Positions 39,722 to 51,000 of a stretch of DNA of 64,000 nucleotides are shown here, piece after piece. The DNA lies in contig OZ281494.1 in NCBI GenBank assembly GCA_965637545.1, positions 7,874,001 through 7,938,000 on the forward strand, given 5' to 3'. Source of the stretch: Phallusia mammillata (lineage: Eukaryota). How positions within the stretch are numbered: the stretch's first letter is position 1; every line of letters starts with the position of its first letter. The notes under the pieces were generated by a model. The model was not told the DNA's origin. It made no database searches and saw only the letters and a list, made by a program, of their open reading frames with translations. The translations under genes were made by a program, and so were the position numbers.

Positions 39722-40025
39722 CAAGGGTGGGCAACCTACGGCCCGCGGGCAACTTTGGAGCGGCCCGCGACACGTATTTTATTTTGATCGGCAGGACGGA
39801 ATGTATGTGTCAAAGCCCATTTTTATGCCGAAGTGTTGTTACATTACACGTTAATAGTTATTAGTTTATTACTAATAATAGGAATTGTTACGTACAAAGA
39901 CAAAATCATTGTGTGTTTGACTTTGCCTAGCACTACTATGTTATTGCATGACCATCGTTGCGGCCCGCCTCCGCAATATATCACTACTTTTTGGCCCGCG
40001 CATGCAAAAAGGTTGCCCACCTATG
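39722..40025. mobile_element. hAT/Charlie MITE
   Basis: TIR CAAGGGTGGGCAACC / GGTTGCCCACCTATG; perfect TSD CTCTAAAT; GGCCCGC subterminal repeats. Confidence 0.9.
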
Positions 40026-40729
40026 CTCTAAATCTTATTCTAATAGTGAAAGGCATTTCTGTTTTTCAGAGAAAAAACTGTAGCATTTCTGCACGATTGA
40101 ATTGAGAAAATTAAATAACTTTGTTTAAACCAAATCAACACGTAGGCTAGTTACAGTTTAGATTAATTGGGTTAATTTTGTTTGAGTAATTAACAAATAT
40201 TTAGAAATAATTTGATTGGGCAGAAAATGACTGTGTCTTTTATCAAAGCAGTAAATATTTGATTATGGTTTAAATATGTTAGGGTGAAAAAGTTCTGTGT
40301 TTGTTGATGTCGACCACTATGTAGCTACGTAAAAGTTGGTAACTACGCGAGCAAGGGGAAGAAACAGGGGAAGTACCCGTTGTTGCTTACCCAAATTTTC
40401 TAACTAGACAATGGCGTCCTACAAAGCTTAAATAAAAAATAAAACTGTATACAGATTTAGATTTTAAACAATGTTCAACTAAATAGTGGTAAAAGTAACA
40501 GAATTTATTGAATGAAGATTACATTCCGATCCGTGTACAAGTGGTGTTTGCAGATTTAAATAGTTGTGATTTTGTTGTGTAAAAAAAAAATGTACACAGT
40601 TTTGCAAAAGTATGTGATAAAAAATAAATGGATTTGGTTTTCTGTTTTGCATTTTTAGTAAGTGTTTTTATATTAGGTTTCTTTTTGGTATTTTCAAAAT
40701 TTAGTACATTTGCATTTAACAACTCAAAA

Positions 40730-43700
40730 ATGCTGATCGTCAAAATGTTAGTTACTTTGTCATTGATTATGGTAAGTTTAAACTGCAGTCTTTTATCACT
40801 CAAAATACTATTTTACACTTACACTTTCTTCTTTTAGGCAGCCAACCTCAAAGACATTCCAGATCCTTGTAAGCATTTGGAGGCACGCGAAGGTGGGCGC
40901 AAACTTGTTGAAATGTACAAAAATAATGTTCCGAGGCAATGTTGTGGATGCCCTCCTGGATTTTATCTGCACACTGTCTGCGAGTAAGAAAGTGTTAAAA
41001 AAACGGACCGATTTTGGCAACATCATGAACTGTAGTCCATATCATAAAACATTCAGTTTGTATAGAAATAAAACAATAAAAACCTGTAGTTTTGACCTTT
41101 AATGTTTTTAGGTGTCTATGCATTATAAAAATAATGGCATTATTCTGTAATTTACAACTTGGTACATTTGTTTCAGAAAAGGAAATTTTAATTCAACAGT
41201 GTGTAAAAAATGCAAGAATGGAACTTTTATTGATGAAAAGGCCCATGACAAGAGGAACTGTATCACTCTTCCTAACAAATCAATCACAACACAAGCTCCA
41301 TCCTTTGAAGAAATGTATATTTCTTTCTTGTAACAAGTAGTTTATTTTCTGATAAACCAGGACAAAAGCATTTTGTGATTTAATTCCATGAAAACTACAC
41401 TTTAAAAGTCCTTATTTGTGCAGAAATTCCAATATCAACTCACCAGTGTGTGTGGAAAGTGAAAACGGAAATTTTATTTTTAAAAAACCTCATGACAAAA
41501 GAAGGTGTACCCAGACAACGCAAGCTTCATTCTCAGCAGAAATGTACAACAACTTCTCTATTTTTCAATTTTGAACAGTAGTTAATGCTCAATCAACAAA
41601 ATAGTCATACACTTTTTGACATTGATTGTTTACACACCACAGCAAAACCTAACACTTATTTTTAATGCAGGATTTCGCAATATGTTACACCAAAAATGAC
41701 CACAGAAAAAATTATTGAGTCTGTCACTGAGTGGAGCTTGGGTATAAGTAAGTTATACCTTATACCAAAAACAGCACACCAAAAATAATGCTATTTTATT
41801 TCTTTAGATGATGGGATTGTGCTATTGCTTGGTGTGGCCTTCGGAAAGTTTTTACTACTAATAATTATACAATTTTCAAAGAAAAAAGAAACCACATGGA
41901 AAGATGTTTTTCATAACATTATTGTTTGCTGCAACAAATGTGACAAGGTTTGGTTAACACATTTAAATGTTAAGAGTTAAGATTTTGTTAATCAATGTGC
42001 ATGAATTTTCAATATTTGCAGTGCTTTGACAGGTTGAAAACTGTTTTAAGTACCAAATGTCACATAGGGAAGAGTCTGTGAAACATTACAGAATTGGCTG
42101 ACAGCTTTATGTCACTTATGGTGTTGATCTAAGTAAGTTATAAAACAAGCTATTAAACACACAGGTTCAAAACAATAAGGAAGACGGTGAACCTGAAGAA
42201 AACATCCGATTAGCTGAAAATCCACCAGACTACAGGTATGTAAAGATGAAGTTTTCAGGCAACCTATCACACAAGTGGTTTAATTGCTTCACATGAATAT
42301 TAACTTACAGACCAGAACCTTTTTTTGAATCACAATCATCATCACTACCAAATGATACTCATAACACAAGCAGCTTATCAACTCTAAAAAATACTAGTGT
42401 TGCTGAAGAAAGACAAGATGCTATTCAACTTGGAGCCCAACCCTCAGATGAAACCATACCAAAACAACCCATAGCTGTTCGTGCAAAAACAAAATCTGAA
42501 ACTACTATCAAAGATGCTGTGCCTGAAAAAGAATGTGAAATTTTGATATGTAAGTGAACGAAAGATATACATAGATATATCTGCAATAGTCTTGGACAAT
42601 CAAATTAACTGTGTTGGACTCTTGCCTGTGTGTATGCTTGGTATAGGCACTGTCTTATAAACTTATCAGTAAGTATTTCCCCATGTGCTCAGACACCGAT
42701 TGGACAGCAATTTTGTTCCTTTTTTAGACAGGCTTTGACTTTTGATTGGCAAAATGTAGTCATATTTCCCCCAATTTAAAAAAGAAGTGTTTTACAAGAA
42801 GAAATCGTACAGCTTTCTGTTCAACTTAAATTTTAAATTTGCAGTTATGTTTTTTGCAAAACGCGCTGCAGTAAATAGGCCTGCTGCACTTTTTATATCA
42901 AAAAAACATGCTATCTTTGTATTTTAGTAAAAAGGGTGCTGGCAAGTATTGCCCACAAACAACCACACATTCTACTTGAACAAAAGGATGCATTTAATCT
43001 TGCAAGAAAATTTGATATTGGAGAAATTACTTGTTCACATCTTTCCACAAAACATGCAGGTACCTTTCCATCAATATTTTACAAAATGTCCAATCTAATT
43101 TAAACACTTCCTTAATACTAACCAGTTTTTGTTTTTTTAAAAAAAAGCATTTTTAATGCTGCATTTATTCGATTGTAAGCCATATCTTATAAAGTTGTTT
43201 TACCCTACAGTTTGTGCGGCTTCGATGGAGGCTTATAATTGAGGGCAGCTTATATTTTATTATCATACCCCTATTATTTCCATGTCCCTGCATTTTAAAT
43301 TAGTTCGCTTTCATTTTTTGCATGTACGCATTACACAATTGTTTGCCTGACTAACAAATGTTGACAAAAAATAACACTAATTAGCAACAAAAGGAAGTGT
43401 TACAAAACAATAGAGAGTAACAAGTGACTTACAGTCGAGGGCGATTGACATTATATTGTTGCAACCTTAAAGTTCGACTTACAATTAAATGCAGCTTACA
43501 ATCGAGTAAATACTTTTTTTCCGTTTTTAATACGAGTTAGCAAAGCTTATTTTCGAATCCAACACAGTAAGGTTGGTGTGGTGTATTACATTCACCACCC
43601 AAATTGAAGTTATAGCATAATCCAATTTAGCAAAATACCAAAAGTTAAAAACACTCACATATTAGGTGAAAGTTTACTGATGTGTGAACTTTTGTGTGTT

Positions 43701-43930
43701 TTTACAAAACTTTATTATCTACAAAAGTTACTATACATGTTAAAACAGGAGATATCATTCAGCATTTTGTGGGCATTGTAACCTCTGTGCACAACCGGGA
43801 TGGAAATCAATTTACAGCCAAAATATTCATTGAAAAGCTGAAGGGTGCAGAGTTGCTTTTGTTAGCAGAAACAATTGAACAAGAAATGGAAAATCATAGT
43901 CCGCCCGACATGTCAGATGGACAGAAATAA
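40730..43930 (+). CDS. g6: TNFR-like death-domain receptor with an extra duplicated half-CRD exon (~386-426 aa)
   Basis: Exons 40730-40771, 40838-40983, 41177-41314, [41424-41543], 41671-41741, 41808-41947, 42165-42235, 42311-42549, 42928-43059 (132 nt), 43749-43930; in frame with or without the bracketed exon. CRD DPCKHL..QCCGCPPGFYLHTVC|..FNSTVCKKCKNGTFIDEKAHDKRNC. Confidence 0.86.
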
Positions 43931-46328
43931 AACACCAACAGTATTTTAACAATTTAAAATACAAACAAACTTGACTGTAACTTTTAAGTTCCGAATCTGC
44001 CAATTGGTGCAATATTGGCCATACTGGCATTTTGCTTTATTTGTTTTTATCTGTTTTGTTTCTGTCCTTACATGTGCCCAATTATGTCTTACCAGCAGTT
44101 TTTATCATAACAAGCCGACATTTTAACATCTCATAGGAGACACCTTCATGAGGGTCATGACATAAATTTAAACACAAAACAACAAAGGCTATAGAGTTAA
44201 TACATTATGCAACAACTTGTTTATGTCTTCCCAGGTTTTACGCATTTTATTCATTTCATGCTTAATAATTCACTTTTCTTCAAACACTTTTAAATCAATC
44301 TGTACCAGTACCAAGTAGTTTGATTCAGGCCCAACACAGCAGTAAATGCCATTGTTATAATTTGTAAAACTAAAATTACACACCTATTATTATCCAATCC
44401 AGGAAACTTTATGTATTTTAAATTGTTTATATTTTGCTAAACTGTGACTGTCAAACACCTATTATTTAATACCTATTAACAGTTTTCCTAAAGCTGTGCT
44501 TCCCTGTGAACAAAATTGCAATAATACTAGTTTTCATACTAGAACAATTGTAAGACTTTGTGTACATTGCATTGTTATTTATATCATGTCTATTGTCAAT
44601 TTTTATTACTTTTAGTAGTATTTGCACGCATTTACCACAAAAACCAATGGGTAAATATGTACGTTTGATAATAATAGATAGTCTTATTTCTGTGAAAACC
44701 CATTAAGGATGCATATAAAAACAAACAGGTGTTTAACATGTTTTATAAATTAACATGAAGCTGTTAATAGCAGAGCCAAACTGCCTTTAACATTTTATTG
44801 CTTCCTAATGGTTGTGTTGAGGAAATCCTTATTATACGCACAAAGTGATTTATAATATTGCCACTTCACTTGTACAAAACTTTAATAAAAAAACTTACGC
44901 AGATTTTGTTTGCAGTTAGATGCTTAAACCAAAAATCAGTTGCATAAGCCAGTAGAGCGAAGTTTTTAAGCAGCTTTTGGCAATTTCATATTTGGCATGT
45001 TTATGGTGAGCAATTTGGTTGGGCATGTTTTTGTATGATGCAGGTAGAAGCAACGATGCTGAATGTGTTAGTAATATAAGCACAAGGAGTGTGTCGCCAA
45101 GCCATCTACCTCGTTTCAAACCCATTTGGTCATATTTAATTTGACTCTTTAGAAAGACAGTTTACTTTAACCTAACACAGGGATCCACCGGTTTCGGTGC
45201 TGAAGCTTCTTGTTCAGAAAAACACAACACGCCAAGAAGGAATTACAACTTGCAACAAAGTGTTTTCAACGCTATTGTGATGACTCGTTGAGTTGAGTGA
45301 AGTTTACTTCCTTTGGTGAAGCGACGCGATAACACTAAAACAATCACCAAGCCGGAAATAGCTGCGCAACGTTAAAACGATATGAAGCACAAAATGGTGG
45401 ATACCACAACAGGTCGATCATGACTAAACGGCGCTGCAGCTACACTGTGTTATGAAGCGTTATGTGGCTGGCGCTCGCAAGAGAGTGAGTTTGGCGCACT
45501 GTGAGTATAACACGACTGGGGGGAACGTTGGTGGGGTTCGACAAAAAAGATATCACTAAAAGAAACCCTGTCGGATAGTTTTAAACGCCGAAAGGAAGAG
45601 CACACGCACAAAGAATGAAACCCTACAGTAACCGTACACTTCAAATTAAAGTGCAGTTTTTTTTTACTTTAAATCAGCGTTTTTGCTGCTAATTAAATCA
45701 TTTGTCCGCGTTGGCTCTTGAAAATAATAGGTATAACATTTTCTGGGTATAAATATTTTTGTACAGGCCATTTGGAACCGTTTCCTGTTAAGGTTTGTTT
45801 ATGTTTTAAAGGCGACGTCCTTCACCTTCACCTTCAATATAAGTCAACTAAAAGCAAAACAGAACTTTGAATTGGTTGTAAAGTACGCGAAGACGCAAAA
45901 TGTTACTGTAATGTTTAATACGTTTTTCTTGAAGGAGATCATAGCAAAACAATGGCAATAAAACAATCACTATGTCGGAAATAGCTGCGTAACGTTGAAA
46001 CGTTATTGAGAAAACAGCAAAGGCCACTGTTGGTGGATCATGGCAAAATGTGCTGCAGCTACACCGAATTATAAAATTAGATGCGAGTGGGGCTCACAAG
46101 AAATTGAGGTTGGGGTATTGGGTTGACACGATTTGCCTGTCTTTTGAAAAATAAACTTAGTGGTGGAATCAATCTGGCAAAAATAAGCATGTGATTTTCA
46201 AATATATTTTTAAAATCGTCAGGCTATATTAGCTTGAGAAAACTGGGCTAAATTTATTACGCTATGCCGACCACTAGGCGACGCAAACACCTATTCGGAA
46301 TTTCGAAAGAACCAGTCGAGATTTAGGG

Positions 46329-47748
46329 AAAGTTTAATTATTCCCACCTTGACCTACAAAGTCAATGTTGTACCTACCGAATTACCAGAAGCTTTCGTCA
46401 AAAACCTTAAAATAATTTTCTTTAAGTTCATTTGGAACTCAAAATGGGAAAAAGTTAAACGAGCAAAGCTCTGTTGTAATATTGAGGATGGGGGAATCAA
46501 TATGTTTGACCTGGACGCATATCTGGTGTCATTAGATATCAAATGGGTCAATCGATTATTTAACAATTCGTATGCATCTCCATGGAAAGATCTCGAAACC
46601 TCGGTCGGGAGCCCCAGCGAATTCAACTCGTGGTTAAACAGCAGTGTGTCTCCCAACTCAAAACTCTTCCTTCAATCAATCCCCTTACGAACATTAAGAA
46701 AGGCAGTCTCGGCCTGCAAAACATTCGCAAAACTTACAAATCTCCCCGCTAATGTTTATAGACCCCTTTGGTTAAATAAAGAAGTCCGATCACGCCTAAA
46801 ACCCTTTTACATGCGACATCTAATTCGCGCTGGTATTTTCAGTCACCTTGATCTACTTAACAATGATGGTGATTACTATACATACGACGAACTTGCCCTC
46901 AAATTTAACTTTCAGCCAACAAATCAAGATTTCACCTATTTTATCAAATTAGTCGCCGCAATCCCAGACAATTGGGATCTAAACGACCGACAAACTAACA
47001 GAGTACCCCCTGAAACTAAACCATCTTGGTTGCATACCATAGCCCTGCGCGGCACAGTTAAAGAAACTTACAACTTCGTAAAAGATCACACATCAGAACC
47101 GCCAACACAAGAACAGAAAAAGTGGGAAACCGACATAGGGGTTAGTACAGAAAAGCCCAACTGGGGGGAGGTGTACAGGAACACGTATAACTGTACCTTA
47201 GAAACAAACTTAAGAGCATTTCAAATCAAATTAAACTTAAGAGCGGTAATAACAAACAATAAACTATACAATTTTGGCATAGTAACTTCAGAAAAGTGCG
47301 TTTTCTGCCAAAGTTTCCCTGAAACCATTTCTCATTTGTTTTACACTTGCAAAGTCGTCGCCCAATATTGGGAAAATGTTACTTCTTGGATCTCCCGCAA
47401 ACTATTATTGAATATTAAACCGAATGTAGCGTTATGTTTATTTGGAACTCATTTGTACAGTTCTGTTACACCATTGTTAAATTGCATTTTTCTATGTGCC
47501 CGGTTTGTAATATACCAATGTAAATGTATGTGCACAAAACAAACCTACTGTGAACAGATTTATTAACGCATTAAAACTAACGAAACAGTCCGAACTAATT
47601 ATTGCTACTAAAAGAAAAAAACGTGCAGAGTGCTTAGTCAAGTGGTCTGGCCTCTAATTGCCGTTAAATACTTAGCGTTTGTCTGTTTGTTCTGTTGTAC
47701 TTTAATGTATCTGTCTTTCTTCGTGTCTTAGTTATCGCAATAAAAAAA
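46329..47748 (+). mobile_element. 5'-truncated non-LTR retrotransposon (L1/Tx1-like), 3' part of ORF2
   Basis: Translation SLIIPTLTY..FIWNSK..GGI..W..L; zinc knuckle CVFC..ETISHLFYTC; one frameshift near 47540, then KPTVNRF..ELIIATKRKK..KWSGL* ending 47657. AATAAA at 47739 plus A-tail; 15-bp TSD AGTCGAGATTTAGGG at 46314-46328 and 47749-47763. Confidence 0.92.
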
Positions 47749-48030
47749 AGTCGAGATTTAGGGGAAGCACCGTTTGTAGTTTTTCCCTTTAGGTTTTTCT
47801 AAAGCAGATTGTGAATGTAATGATCACAATTAAACTTAACGTTTATGCAAAACTGTGGTAATGTTCTGTGGATAATGTTCAAAACTGTGGATGTGATAAT
47901 GTTCTGTTTTAATACTGTGGTGCGTTGATTTGTGTACCCGTTCAAATTTGAGTTTTCCTTTTAGGTACTAAATTGTATCCATTTGCATGTAGTTTTTTGT
48001 ACTATTTGCAGCTGCGTTAAACAATTCAAA

Positions 48031-51000
48031 ATGTTGCTCATACAATTTTTGGTACTTTGGTTATCAATTATGGTAAGTTTAAATGTGATTTATAACTTAC
48101 AACAAGGTTTTCTTACATTTTATTTCATGCAGGATGTCAATCTTGAAGATATTCCAGATCCTTGCATGCATTTGGAGGCTCGTGAAAATGACCGCAAACT
48201 TGTTGAAATGTGTGGGAATGAAGGCCTGAGACACTGCTGTGGATGCCCTCCAGGGTTTTATCTGCAAACTGTCTGCGAGTAAGAAAAAGTTCAAAGCACC
48301 AAGTTTACAGGGATACTTAAAATAAAGCTCTTGGACATTATTGTGTTTTTGACACTTTATATATCTAAGTATGGAGTAAACTAGAAGACCAGTAAAACTC
48401 GGTTGGCCTAAACTTAACGAGCCAGTCAATAAACAAATAAAAGGAAAAAATTCTTCATTCTCAGTTATTTGTGGCCATGCTGTCTGTTGGAGGGTCTGAT
48501 ACCGTTCAAAATAATAACTATCAATAACCTAATAAACAGCCTAAAAACTTTCTGTATGTAATGTGTTGTATAAAACTTAGTACTTTTGCAGGATAGGGGT
48601 TTTTAATTCAACTGTTTGTGTGAAATGTAAAGATGGAACTTATATTGATGAAAAAGCCCATGATAAAAGGGAATGCATCACTCTTCCAAGCAAACCAATC
48701 ACCACACAAGCTCCATCCCCAACAGAAACGTACAGAAGTTTTGGGTGGTTTGTTGTAAAGCAACACAAAATTACAACTAATTTGTTTGATACATTTCTAC
48801 TTGAAAGATATCTCCATGAGGAAAGTAAATATAAAATTGTACTTTTTCTTACAGGTCTTCCCAGCCTTGCAACACAGAAACAATGCATGTTGACAGTAAT
48901 ACTTTATGTGGCACAGATTGGACAACCACCTTTGTGTGTAAGCCTTTTAAATTACAAGTTACAGCAGCACTTAGTTTAGAGCCTGCTCTTGTTCCAGATG
49001 GACTTCTCGCTGGCATTCCACTTGGTATGATACTTGGAATGTCATTACTATTGTTGATTATACAATATGGAAAGAAAAACAATACCAAATGGAAAGACAT
49101 TTTCCCTTGCTCCTGTCAAAAGGTTTGTTCATCCGTTTTTGCATGTTGATTGACAACCATTTTAGAGCGTCTTGGTCATCATGTTTGACAGTAACTTCAG
49201 TTTTTAAAGCCTGTTTTCATCGCCAGTTTAAGTAATTGAATCATTTATTAAAATTGTCCACTTAAGGTGGGACCGTTTAACATGTAACAAGCTATATATA
49301 ACATTCTAATCATTTCACTATGGTTAACTGTGTTTAAGTATCTTAAAGATTTATGACTTTTGATTTTGATGTCAACTATTTATGTGTTAGGATCAAAAAG
49401 TGCAACAACCCAGTGTTCATAAATTGCAAGACATGAACCCCCCAAATAATGAAGATGACAGGTACATTACACAAACAAATTCAGACAACTGGTCAAAGTA
49501 GGTTATGGTACTGTTTTGTGAACTCTTTTAAACAACAGCTAATAAGATTCTATTCTGATAACTAAAGCATGGATTTAATGATTAATTACTTGTAGACAAG
49601 CACCAAGCACACATCAGGTAGATACACAATCATCATCAAAATCACCAAATGGAACTCAAAATTCTAACCTACAAAAAAAGGGAAACACCCAAAATACTGC
49701 AAATAATACTACTGTATCAGTAACAATAGAAAATCATCTTGCCGAGGATAACCTATCACAACCAGGTGATACTCAGCCGAATACTAATGTCCCAACAACA
49801 CAATATGCAAGTGGCTCACAATTGACTGGACATATTGAAAATGAAAGTAGGTTACAAATGATGGAGAATACAGGAGTTGATGAGGAAAATGCACCACTGC
49901 TAAATGGAACTCAACAGAACAGCAATGGATCAACAACGCAGAAAAATACTCAGAATGCAAGTAACTCACAACTGCCCGAACATACTCAAAATGGAAGTAG
50001 TGTGCAAGTGAGAAAAAGTATAGAAGTTAATGAGGAAAATGAACCACTACTAAATGGAACTCAACAGAACAGCAATGGATCAACAACACAGGAAAATACT
50101 CAAAATGCAAGTAGCCCAAATTTGCCCAAACAAGATCAAAATGGAAGTAGCTTACAAATAAGAAAAAATGCAAAAGTCACTGAGGAAAATCTACCCTCAC
50201 CACATGAAACTCAGCAGAATACCAATGGCCTAACAGCAAAGAATGCAAGTGGCTCACAAATGCTGGAACATGCTCAGAACGGAAGTAGCGTACAAATGAG
50301 GCAAAGTACAGAAGTTGATGAGAAAAATGCACCACTTCTAAATGAAACTCAGCAGAATACCAGTGGCTCAACAACACAGGGTGCAAGTGGCTCACAAATG
50401 CCCGAACATGCTCAGAATGGAAGTAGCTTACAAATGAGGGAAAGTACAGAAGTTGATGAGGAAAATGTACCACTACTAGATGAAAGTCAGCAGAATGCTA
50501 ATGGCCCAACAACACAGGAAAATACTCAGAATGCAGGTAGCTCACAACTGCCTGAACAAACTCGAAATGGAAGTAGCTTACAAATGCCCACATATGCTCA
50601 GAATGCAAGTAGCGTACAAGTGAGGGAAAGTACAGAAGTTGATGAGGAAAATGTACCACTTCTAAATGGAAGTCGGCAGAATACTAGTGCCTCAACAACA
50701 CAGGATGCAAGTAGCTCACAATTGCCCGAACATACTCAAAATGTCACTGAGGAAAATGTACCACTACTACATGGAACTCAAAAGAACAGCAATGGATCAA
50801 CAACACAGGAACATACTCAGAATGCCAGTAGCTCACCATTGCCTGAACATGCTCAAAATGGAAGTAGCTTACAAACGAGAGAAAATATGGAAGTCGCTGA
50901 AGAAAATCTACTCTTACCACATGAAACTCAGCAGAATACCAATGCCCTAACAGCACAGAAAACAAGTGGCTCACAAATGCCCGAACATGCTCAGAACAGA

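Noticed and set aside
44916-45125. 69-aa minus ORF with a hydrophobic N-terminus (possible secreted peptide)
   Set aside because: Single short ORF with no recognisable motif; expected by chance in AT-rich DNA.
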